Source: Octopus sinensis
Lineage: Eukaryota
Length of the DNA: 64,000 nucleotides
Assembly: GCF_006345805.1 (NCBI RefSeq)
Contig: NC_043010.1
Span: 186,001 to 250,000, forward strand
Direction: 5' to 3'
Part shown: piece by piece, positions 12,535 through 23,600 of the stretch
How positions within the stretch are numbered: position 1 is the stretch's first letter
How the letters are laid out: each line of letters starts with the position of its first letter
Translations under genes and position numbers: made by a program
Notes under the pieces: generated by a model
Databases searched by the model: none
Told to the model about the DNA's origin: nothing
Seen by the model: the letters and a program-made list of their open reading frames with translations, nothing else

Positions 12535-13330
12535 AAATGTAGGAGAGGTATAGGCAGGACATTCAGTGTACCCAGTGCAAGCTATGGAAACAGAGGTACA
12601 GTGGCATAATAGGAAGGTTAACAGAGAAAGTAATGTATATATGTGGAAGTTGTACAAGAACCATAAAATCTACAGATACATGGAATGTTGATTTTCTCAA
12701 ATGTCCTGGAGACTTTCTAGATGTAGTGGATAATTTCTGCTACCTTGTTGACCTAATTAGCAGTGGAGGAAGATGTACTGAAATTGTAATTGCTAGAATA
12801 AGAATAGGATAGTGGAAGTTCAAAGAACTTTTACCTCTGTTGGCAACCAAAGGTCTCACTCTCTCCAGATAAAAGGGAGATTGTATAATGCATGTGCACA
12901 AAGAGCAATGCTACTTGATAGTGAGATGTGGGCCTTGAATGCAGAGATACGTGAAGATGAGAGAGGAATGAAGCTGGTATGCTCCACTGGATATGCAATG
13001 TCAGTGTACATGTGCAAAAGAGCGCTAGTGTATTGAAAGAAAAGTTAGGCAAAAGAGGAATTAGATGTCATGTGCAAGAGAGAAGACAACACTGGTTTGG
13101 TCATGTGATGCAGATAGATGAGGTCAATTGTACAAAAAAGTGTTGCTCACCTAAAGTGGATGGAATTTGTAGAAGAAGGAGATCCAGGAAGACAGGACAA
13201 AATATTAAAGGCTAATCTCAAAATGCTGAGCCTTATGAAGGAGATGTCAAAGGACCAAGAAATATGGTGTCTTGTACTCAAAGAACCAATCCACTACCAC
13301 AGAATCGATATCTAAACCCACCTTGGTTAA
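12535..13330 (+). mobile_element. Degraded RTE-clade LINE 3' region
   Basis: Broken frames give VVDNFCYL.DLISSGG ... ARIRIG.WKFKELLPLLATKG..L.IKGRLY ... MLHWICNVS ... RRQHWFGHVMQ ... VDG..RR.R.RKT. Confidence 0.75.
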
Positions 13331-14599
13331 TGCTTGTCAGTGAAGGGCTATACCTCACCCCCATCTCCATCCTCTCTGCCCCATCACCCTTTTTCTCCAC
13401 ATTTCATTCTCTAACATCCATCACTCCTCTATCACTTGAGAGCAGAAAAGGCACATACCACATCCCACCAAACATTCACATACCCCACTTTACACGTACA
13501 CACATATATACGCTGTTTAATTTTTGTTTCACTGTTGAATTCTCACCATATCACCTCCATCAGTGGATTACCCCTTCCTTCGTCAGTCATCTCTTGTGAC
13601 GGACAAAAATGCAATTAGTAGATATTGAGTTACTTCCCGTTAATGAGTTACCTCCCATGGAATTCGTTCCGTTCTATCAGGCAGACCCAGCGTGACAAGT
13701 GTAATTCAACTGACGGGCAAAACTTTGAGAGGTTAATGACATTTTCCAAAATACCACGTTGTGAGATTGAACTCTAGACTTCGTTGTTGCAAAGTTAACT
13801 TTTTAACCTTTCGACCCTACTGCACAATCTCCCATTAAAGAGTAAATATCTCAAGGAATTTTACGTGGTGCAAGCAAACATACACACATCTTGTGCAGAA
13901 GTGCGTCACACGCACACACCCACACCCACACACACACACGCACGCACGCACACACGCGTGCGCACACTTGTATATATATTCTTTTCTCCTTAAGTTTAAT
14001 TCAAGTTCTTGAGAGTTCAAGCTGGTCGCTAACAAAGCAACGAGACTTTTTGAGATCAGAGAGTTCCCGGTATTTGTAAATATGTCGTTGAGTTGGTATG
14101 TTGGTTGAACTGTCAACGTATACTCCAAAGTACGTAGATCTATTCACAGGAGTCCTACATGGAGAATTTTTGGAATGTCTTACAAATCTTCACTGTGCCG
14201 CTAACAGATTGGATTTCGAGAATTCGCGTCAGTTTCTTTTGCTCTTTTACCATGAAACCGAGTATTTCTAGGTTTTTGTGCACCTATAATGATAGGTACA
14301 AATGAGAATTCACAGTCAGGGTACAAGAACTGTAAATTGGACTTCTGATTGTATATCAACTGGGCAGCTGACCTCTATAACAGTTCATGACTTTTGTTTC
14401 CTGTCCCACAGAACAATATCAGGTCTGTTATGTTTGCACCAAATTGATGTTTTTATTGGGGTGTTCCACGGATCTAGTTGGTTTGGCTGCCAGCATTTCA
14501 AAAATTAAGGTTGATCGAAAATTTTAAAATTTAGCTCAATAATATTCTTTTCAAGTTGAATTGCTGGAGTCATTTCACTTTTTCTAGGAAAATGTTTTT

Positions 14600-15620
14600 A
14601 AAAACAATAAACTGAATAAATAGATGAAAGGCGGTGCTATTGGAGTCGGGATCGCCAGTGATGTTGCAAATCTCTTCATGGTATGGTGGGACAGACATTT
14701 TAAACAGAGCCTAGTGACCCGTAACATCCACTTAGCTATGTACTCTTGATACGTTGACGACATTAACCTTGTTGTAAAATGTAATAGTAATACACATATG
14801 GACACTCTACTAAATGAAGAATAGGTGATGACAGCTATACAACACATAACTGACTCTATCCATAGCAGTATAAATGTTACCATAGACTACCCCTCTAAAC
14901 ACCCCAGTAATAGATTACCTGTCCCAGATACTGAGCTGTGGATAGAAAATACTATGATAAACGGAACTGTTAAACCATGTTTATTCCACTCACACTATTG
15001 TTAACCTATGGCTAATCCACTGGTAATCTGTAGTAACTCAGCAATGTCAAGTACTACCAAGATCAACATCCTCTTGGCAGACTTAGAGTAATGAGGAATG
15101 TATCCCCACTATGCCAACGACAAGAAGGACAACAACACATCCAGCACTACATATTCCGAATGCAACGTTCTGGATACACACAGTACGATAGATTCAATTT
15201 ACAAAGGAGCGAAAACATGATCCGAACGCATTCTAAGAGATAACGAAAACGGTATATGCCCCCTATACCGCAACAAGTTCTGGAATAGGTTAGAAAGGGA
15301 CACTAACAAAAGAAATAAAACCAATACTTGGTATGATAACAAGAAATTTCACAGCATAATGTTTGTTGACGCTACACCTAAGAGCAAATTAAGTAAGGCA
15401 TTTAAGAAAATCCTGCTCACAACAGGCCTTAAGATCTAAGTTATAGAAAAGACAGGTAGAACTATCAAATCTGTATTAAGTAGATGATATCCATTTGATA
15501 GAATCACGTATCAAAATAATTGTGCAGTATGTTCTACATACATTGGTGAGACATCAAAGAACATCTGGACAACTACATTGAAAAGAAACCAAACTCCATC
15601 TTCTATCAGCATGCTGACAG
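14600..15620 (+). mobile_element. Penelope-like element (Neptune-like) RT plus GIY-YIG relic
   Basis: MKGGAIGVGIASDVANLFMVWWD ... YVDD ... PMANPLVICSNSAMS ... RMQRSGY ... C..C..YIGETS, with stops and frameshifts. Confidence 0.75.
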
Positions 15621-15970
15621 ATTGTGGCCACTCTCTTATTTGAGAGAGAGAGAAAAAGATAAACATCATCCAGATTTCCAGAGACGTCCCACAGAATTGG
15701 AGGGGACAGACTCTGGAAATTCTGGCACAGGCCACGTCCACCGACCTTGAAAACCTCCCCGAGAAAATTCACATCAGAGAGGAAACCGTGCTGGCAGTAA
15801 ATGTGGAGGAGAGAAGAGCCAGGTGTTTCAAGTGTGGCAAAAAGAGACACACACACAAGACCCCTGAAGAGGAGGAAAATAAAGAGGCGGCACCCTCAGT
15901 CAAGGAGGCTGTTACCCAGAGGGGGACCGCCAACAGCGAAAAAGAAGGAAAAGAAAAAGGGGGCCCGTAG
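15620..15970 (+). pseudogene. Tx1-type ORF1 fragment, lineage E
   Basis: IVATLL.. / NWRGQTLEILAQATSTDLENLPEKIHIREETVLAVNVEERRARCFKCGKKRH aligns to A ORF1 NWRGYGVELCLMATKEDIERFPYRIEIEDEKTLSVIVEGRKPNCYLCGTRGH. Confidence 0.7.
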
Positions 15971-16932
15971 AGGCCATAGAGACACTGTCTGAAGAAATTA
16001 TGGAGTTTCAGACGGTGTCTCGCAAAAGATCAAAAAGATAGATGGAGTTGCCAATCAAGGCACAAGAGGCAGCTCCAAAAATAAAATTAGCGAAAAAAGT
16101 GAACTTAACAAAGAAATGAAAAAAAAAGGGAACAAAAGAGAAAGAAATATGCAACCCAACCAATCACAGCCTCCAAATAAATCACCTCCTTCTAGTCTCA
16201 GAGTCTGTTGGTTGTAGACCCAAGCTAACCACTGACCATATGACAGCGACCTCCATCTTCATCGCCACCATCATGTCTCTCACCAACGTCATCGACAACA
16301 TCTACACAGCACCAAAAACACTGCACTAGTTCTAACATATCGCTCTTTGTGAGCTTCTCACCAGAGTTAAACATACAACTCACACAGATGCATATATATA
16401 TGGATAAATGTCCATCAACAATTATCATTCAGCTTGTGTATATATACATGTGGCCGGCATTAAAGACATTTAAAGTTACCACCTTGTTCCATGTATTTCT
16501 TTATACCATGTTCCTGTCAAATGATATTACAGCCTTCTGAGTAGAGTCACATTAGATGGAATACAACCTATCCATCTATAAATTCATTGAAAACGAAATT
16601 TAAAAACTCATTCAATCAATTTGTCGAACAAAACACAATTTTCATATCTCCTGCGCTACATAAATTCACATTAGTTAAAAATGCCAAAGGATTTTAAACT
16701 TTAATTGCTAATAACTTTTTATTTATTGATTTATTGCGAAAATAATTTTCACGTAATTCATTAGCCAATAACAGTGTATCATTACACTGAATATGAAATC
16801 AATTTGGACAGAATTGATGCTGGCAGCCAAACTGACTAGATTCAGTATTCTTTGTTCTGACATGCCTTTGATATTTATGTTACGGCAGCCCTTCCTGCGG
16901 ATAGCATTGTAAATGGTCTTGTGTGTGTGTGT

Positions 16933-16988
<56 letters not shown>

Positions 16989-17814
16989 GTGTGTGTGTGT
17001 AACTGCATCGAATGATATGGAATAACTGTGGTTCTATTTAAAGTATATAATCACACAGTATTTCACCCGATATGTAAATCCTTATTTCATTTTGTTGGAT
17101 TTTAAACAGTTTACTGAGTGTATATTCAGTTTATTAAAATAAAGATGCAGAATTATACATCAACACAGTTTCTTATTATTGTATTTTTTTATACAGTATA
17201 CCTGCATGGATATCTTGTTATGTGGTGTCCACTTGCATCCTGTTGGTTCGGTTGCATTCAGATTTCATCCTGATGAAATATGAAGCCATCCAGTTTGTCA
17301 TTCTTAACAACACATCTCAGAATTGTTCTCTGATTAGCTGTTTATTTCATCCTCCTCAGATCTGACTAAAGTTATTTAATTATATTCACAGGGATGTGAA
17401 ATCTGGCTTCTTCAATAATGGTGGTTGTTTGGTAGAATTGGTAGAGCATCGGACAAAATACCGTCTGATATTTAGTTTCATGTATTTACGTTCTGACTTC
17501 AAATCTCATCAAGGTCAACTTTATCTTTTATTTTTCCAGGTTCTATGAAGAATCTATAAAGGCTTGGATTAATATAATCGATGGTAGATATCCCACAAAT
17601 GTGCAATCAATATTTTGAATCAGTCAGAAATGTATAAGCTGAATCGGTGGAGCGTAGGAAAAAATACTGCATAGTATTCTGTTACAGCCCTTCACATTCT
17701 GAAATCAAACCCTACTGGGTCTAACTTTGTTTTCTTTCCTCTTGAGTCAATAAATATCAAGCATAGTTGTATAGCTAAATAGTTTACTTTGTAGCATCTT
17801 GAGCAGGTATGTTC

Positions 17815-18060
17815 TGTCATAACTTAGAGCCGACCACAGTCTTGTGAGTGAATTTGGTAGATAGAAACTGTGAAGAAGCCTTCTGTGTATATATTATATA
17901 TAAGTGTGTCTTTGCACCTGTCTCCTCGCCCCCGCTTGACAACCTGTGTTGTTTGATTGTGTTCTCGTAACTTAGCAGTTTGGCAAAAGAAACGATAGTA
18001 GAAGAATCAGACTTTAAAAAGCAACTACTGGGGCTGATCTCATCTACTACTTCCCTAAAA
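17815..18060 (+). mobile_element. Partial CORE-like SINE, family S2
   Basis: GCCGACCA..G.CTTGTGAGTGAATTTGGTAGATAGAAACTG ... GCTTGACAACC ... TAACTTAGCAGTT.GGCAAAAGA matches the body of the 10588 copy. Confidence 0.5.
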
Positions 18061-18227
18061 CATAATTTTGTTGCATCTACATTAGATGTCACTACGACTG
18101 TTTCAACCCTCAACTGCCAGAGGAGGTGGGGTTCAGCTACTTGAGTAGTAGTTCAAGAGTCCCATTGCTTACTTAGACCTTGTGACTTTGTGGTCAAATG
18201 AAAGACATTAATATTACTTCCCCACCA

Positions 18228-18441
18228 GGCAGCTAGCTAGCAGAATTGTTAGCACGCCGGGCAAAATGCTTAGCGGCATCTCATCTGTCTTTTATGTTCT
18301 AAGTTCAAATTTTGCTGAGGTCGACTTTGCCTCTCATCCCTTTGGGGTCAATCAAATAAGTACCAGTTGAATACTGGGGTCGATGTAATCAATTTAGCCC
18401 TCCCCCCGAAATTGCTGGCCTTGTGCCAAAATTTGAAATCA
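18228..18441 (+). mobile_element. tRNA-derived SINE, family S1
   Basis: Full-length + strand copy of the 6800-6990 repeat. Confidence 0.7.
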
Positions 18442-18494
18442 CCCTCAGTTTGCTGCTCCTTAGAGACAAAGGAAAGCAAAATCTTAATAAAATA

Positions 18495-18671
18495 CTGTAT
18501 TTGGTGACATATAAGATGCACTTATTAAAAAAAAAAGATTCTCAAAAAGTTTCCTTGAATCCCTGTGTATCACACACGTTAATACACTAAAAACTTCCCC
18601 CTCGACTATGCGCTACAGAAAATTGGGGTGCCTTTTATATACCTGTTCGTCTTTTATGCCGTCAAATACAG
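18495..18671. mobile_element. pogo/Tigger-like MITE with TA TSD
   Basis: TA|CTGTATTTGGTGACATATAAGAT versus reverse-complemented right end TA|CTGTATTTGACGGCATAAAAGAC. Mismatches are mostly transitions. Confidence 0.65.
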
Positions 18672-19193
18672 TAGTTGTTTTTATTGTGGTTTAAATCCTG
18701 GTTGCTTTTCTTCAAACAGAACTGTGGTTAAAGCCATTCCAGTTATAACCAGCCTATCTTTATTTCAGACATAGGACAATCTAGTTCAAGATGCATCATC
18801 ACCAGCACCACCATCATCGTCATATTGTTATTTGTCTGCACTGTACATTTACGTCAGTTATGGTGACAGATACTCCACAATTATTGACTGATCAATGAAA
18901 ACGTTAACAGTATTTTTTTTTTTTAAATGCTAAGTGCAAAATATATATTTGAATGATGAAGAAATTGTCTTTACACATCGAAATTTAGAACAGTTTAATA
19001 TGAAGGAATGAAGCAGGGAACATGCATAGGCCCGTATTCATTTTAGACATTTTTTGATCTCCTTCTAACCTTTTTTAAATAATTATATTAATAATGATAA
19101 TAATATAATCAATAATAATAACAACAACAACAACAACCATAATAACGAGAGCACTCAGAGAGCGCAAACCTCCGCTAAGGCAACACCAACGTC

Positions 19194-20880
19194 TTTATTT
19201 TTTATTACCCACAAGGGGCCAAAAATAGAGGATATACATTACAAAAGACAATACAAAACACGTAACCGGGGAAATAAAAATCCAAATAGAAATTGAGCAA
19301 GGAAGAGAAAATAAAAAGAACGAATGAAATTATGAAAATGATAAAATGTGGCCCACTCGGCCCCCGAAGTCGAGTGGTTACATTTGGACATTATTTTGGA
19401 CAGCTTTTTCTTAAATTTAAAAAGTTCCCATCTTCATAATTTTTGTTATATATTGTTCATATTTTTTTTAATTTTTAAAATCTTTATATTCAATTAAAGG
19501 CGGTAGGGCATCAAACTACACTGACCCACCCAATGAAGTTATATAGCTTCTATATGAATTTATGAATATGTCGTATCTATCGACACTCAATATTACACAT
19601 TTTTCTTCTTTAAAATTCTCCCTGGGCTGTTTCACCCTTATTACTCCTTTCCATTTGGATATCCTCCTTTCCACATCTACATCCTTTTGGTACTAAATTA
19701 CGTATGCTTTGTTTTTCAACCTGTGCTTTACCTTCTCTTCCACCGAATCTTTCTCACTTGGTTCCGTCTCTACTGTCTGCGTATGCTTGAAAATAGGCAG
19801 CTCCTTACCTTTTTTGGGTGTCCCATCTGGTTCTACTGCTGGTCCTTGCGAGCATTCTCTTGATTTCGCCTTTTCCCTCCTTTTGGGGCTGACAAACCCG
19901 TCACCCCCCATCCTTTGCTACTTTCGTTCCGTCTTCCTTCGGCTTCACTTCCTCTGTATCTCTGGCGCACTCCTTGGTCTTTCTCCACAGCCTTCTCACT
20001 CTGAGAAGGCTTGTGCTTGGGGCACTGCATCCTCATATGGCCTCTTACTCCACATTCATAACAATTGGGTCGATGGCCCTCAACAATTACTCTCTCCCGC
20101 AATCTCTATCTAGAAGAGGATCCTCTTGATGTTTTCAAAAATGGCAAAAAACCACATCACGACTCCGCATTCTCACCAGTTTAAGATGCTCGTTCTTCCC
20201 ACTTGTCCCAATTCGGGACTTTCCTCAGTGGAAGCCAGAATAGCTGCCACCAACCACTCTGTCTTTATTTCTGGTGGTACCCTTCTGATTCGGGTCCGAA
20301 CAATTCGCCTGCCCCTATACACGGGCAGCAGCGTTACCTTGTCAGAGCATATAACAGTGGTGGAATGAGAAACCGCCTCTTCTTTGGTGGAAAACCTCAC
20401 CTTCACCGTGCCATATTTTCTTCCTCAGCTTACAAAAGTTGCTTTTCTCATCAGAGGTCCTAAACATTCCTCTATTTTTTTGGTGGCAACCTCTTGCATG
20501 CAGTACATCACCGTCCTATCGCTCTTATCGTTGACCGTTTCCTCAGGAGAGACTAGTTTTATTGCATCTCCCTCTCTTTGTACAAATTGTTCACTTCTTA
20601 TAATATCGTACATATTCATTTTCATCTGCTTCACTTCCAACGGCATAGCTGCTCCCACTGCAGCAGATTTTGCATAGCTTTCCATAATGAAAAGCTAATT
20701 TTTCACCCCCCACAATGGGGAGAAAAACAGCAAAAAACAACAACAGCAAAAAAAAAAGATACGTATGAGTCGCTTCAACAATAATTTTCAACAGTAATAA
20801 AAACAAGTTTAAGAACGAACAATCCCAGAGAGAAAGACTTCAACAAACAAACATAAAAGTTATAAAGCAAAAGATGCGTT
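19194..20880 (-). mobile_element. ORF1-only Tx1-related element, lineage C (degraded)
   Basis: ORF1 runs from ATG 20685 through several stops and includes the CCHC knuckle CYECGVRGHMRMQC. It ends about 290 nt before the tail GCCCCTTGTGGGTAATAAA, which is shared with A and B. There is no room for ORF2. The 5' boundary is approximate. Confidence 0.8.
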
Positions 20881-21357
20881 TCTTCATGTTCAAACTGTGC
20901 TTGATGCATTGTACAGTGCTCTATAGTGATACCAACTCTACCAAATCTTAATACACTGTATTCCATCCTTATTTTCATGTTTGAAAAGAAGTTCATACGG
21001 TTAGACTTGAATCCATAGTGCCAGTGAACAATACATTGTTACTGCCAAACTGAATTGTGAATTCTGGGCTTGGTTCTGGGCTTGGTCCCACAACATAGTA
21101 TCAGAGGTAAGTGTCTTATACTATAGCAACAAGTTTATTAATGCTTTGAATAAAGTTTGATAGGCAGAAACTCTACAAAAGCGCATCTCTCTCATCCCCA
21201 ACCAACAAATGTACATTGATAAAATGAATGCTAAAGTTTGTGAGAGTTAAAAATTACTGCAACAGTAAACTCTTGTGCATGCTCAAAATCCAGTTATCAA
21301 AAAAGACTGAATGAAGGAAAGCATATATATATGTGCGTGCGTATATATATATATATA

Positions 21358-21700
21358 TCTATATATATAAAACTGAGAATGTGTGTCTGTCTGTCTGTGT
21401 GTTTCCCTAAAACTTGAGAACTACACAACCAATTTCATTCAAATTTTACACATTCCTTACTTAGGGCCCGGGGAGTGTCATTGGCAAAACTAATTTTTAA
21501 CAATATCATATCTTCTCCACTACAATTCCCTAAAACTTGAGAACTACACAACCAATTTCATTCAAATTTTACACATGCCTTACTTAGGGTCCATGTAGTT
21601 TCATGGGGAAAAAAATGTTCAACTTCTTGCCTAGAGCGAGCCCATAGCAATATCATATCTTCTCCACTATTTCAGTATTATGTGTTAAAAGTGAAACAAA
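21358..21700 (+). mobile_element. Helitron-like non-autonomous 5' fragment with internal 64-bp duplication
   Basis: A|TCTATATATATAAAA..TGTCTGTCTG start. The segment 21403-21466 is repeated at 21526-21589. No 3' CTAG end was found. Confidence 0.5.
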
Positions 21701-21849
21701 AACATTTCTCTATTTTATGTCAGATGCTTTCACTTTAACAGTAAAAATAATAATAACAATTGAATTATATGTAGTAAGTAGTAATTAAAATCAAACTAAA
21801 GTATAATATAATCGTAACATAACAAAAGTAAAAATAGCAATTGGTATAA

Positions 21850-22020
21850 AATTGCATCAATGATTTGAACTTGAATAAGTGGTTTCACATGAATGGGAAT
21901 AAATTAAAAATAAAATTAGTGTGCAGAAATGGAATAGTCCAGATGGATAAGAAAAAATTAAATTAAAGAAAAGGCTATTGTCTATAAAGTATACAATGTA
22001 GAGAAAAAAGAAGATTTGAA
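21850..22020 (+). pseudogene. Host Tx1-type ORF1 (lineage D), left part
   Basis: NKWFHMNGNKLKIKLVC ... IKEKAIVYKVYNVEKKEDLN is homologous to B IEKKRIIYKTYDTTKK and joins in frame with 41085 onward. Confidence 0.6.
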
Positions 22021-23600
22021 CAGCTGGCTCCAAGCTATACGTGTTGTTATCTGTGACTAGACAGTGAAATTTTGTTGTGTAAATTGATTATTATCGCGCG
22101 AGGCGTTTGCCTCCACGTGTGGAAACCTTCCGAAGAAGGTGAATTGACCCTCTAGTCATGGCGACTTACGCGGGGGTCACGGGAAAGAAAAATAATGATT
22201 CGTCGATAATCTGGGAGACATAATGGGGAAATCGACCTACGTGAGTAGAGGCAAGAAATTTGGTACGGTGGAGGTGAGATGTGCAACGGAAGAAATTGCA
22301 GCCTCACTGGCTACCACTGCACTAAGAGCCGAAAAATTTATAATGTGGCCCTCATACAGGGGAAGAAGAGGGGTCCGGGTTAGAATCCCGAATATACCCC
22401 CAGAAGTGAAAACAGAATGGCTGGCAACAGCTATTCTAGGAGCAGCAGAAGAGGAAGTGGAGGTGGAATCCTTTAAGGAGTCCAACGCGATAAACTGGAG
22501 AGGATATGGGGTAGAACTGTGTTTGATGGCCACAAAAGAGGACATTGAAAGGTTCCCCTACAGAATAGAAATTGAAGATGAAAAAACCCTCAGTGTAATT
22601 GTAGAGGGAAAAACCCAACTGTTACTTGTGCGGGACAAGGGGGCACATTAAAAAAGAGTGCCCGTTATACGAATTCGTAGCGGAGTGCGAGCAGGAACTT
22701 GAAGAAAAGAAGAATACGGTAAATGAAAAGAAAACATAGAAAAGGAAACAAAACAACAAGAGAAAGGAAATAATAACTCAATGAAGGAAAAAGAAATAAA
22801 AGAAAAGAAAGAAATAGAACCAAAACAGAGTCAGGAAAAAAAAAGGAAAAAGAAACACAGAAAAAAACAAGAGAGAGATCAGAATCAAACGAAAAGAAAA
22901 GACGGCACACAAAAAGAAAAAGAAAAGGAACATAAAACACGAGAGAAAGAGAGAACAGACAAAGAACCAAAAAGAAAGAGAAGGAAGAAGAAAGAAAAGA
23001 AGGCAAAAAGAGAGAAAGAGAAACAAAGAGAGGAGAACAAGGAAGAAATAAGCCCGAAAAGAAAAACGAGGGAAAACGTAGGACGGAAACAAGATTACTG
23101 CTTCTACAAGTTAGTAACCTTCCATTTCTGCCCTGAAATGAAGAATTGACATGTAATACGGAGGGACATATATGGGTCAACAGGATGACCGATCAGTGGC
23201 AGGAGACTGCTCTAATCCCCGAAGAAAGAGTCGCTGAGTTCCTCAGAGCTGCCGGAGAGAGTGTAACGTTTTAACACGAGTGTTCGAGTGAGAGAGCGGC
23301 TGCCTGAGGGCTCAGTGATTGACTTTAGAGAATTGAAAGCTATTATGGAATACGTATAGAATTGTGAGAAGAGAGAGAAGAAAGAAGAGAAAAAAGAAAA
23401 TATTGTGAAATATATGTGACGAAAATGTAACCTCTCGATTCCGGGGATCGAGTGGGCATTTACATCTCATTGTAAATATTCTTTCATATGTCATTTTTTA
23501 CTTTTATTTTTTCCTTTTCTTGTCATTCGCTTTCTTATTTTAAGTTCCCCGATTGTATTGTCCCCTCTATGTTCGCCCCTTGTGGGTAATAATAAAATCA
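22021..23600 (+). mobile_element. Array unit A1, ORF1-only element with ~196-nt internal deletion
   Basis: Starts CAGCTGGCTCCAAGCTAT, ATG at 22158, deletion near 22211, ends GCCCCTTGTGGGTAATAATAAAATCA. Confidence 0.9.

Noticed and set aside
13620-14300. CpG-richer stretch with a TGAGTTAC(T/C)TCCC direct repeat, possible promoter or transposon end
   Set aside because: No matching second end, ORF or splice structure was found, so it cannot be assigned.
22021-22038. 18-mer as a U2 snRNA target (as for Keno-type Tx1 elements)
   Set aside because: There is only a loose resemblance to the U2 GAGCUUGCUCC stem, and no U2 sequence flanks the array.
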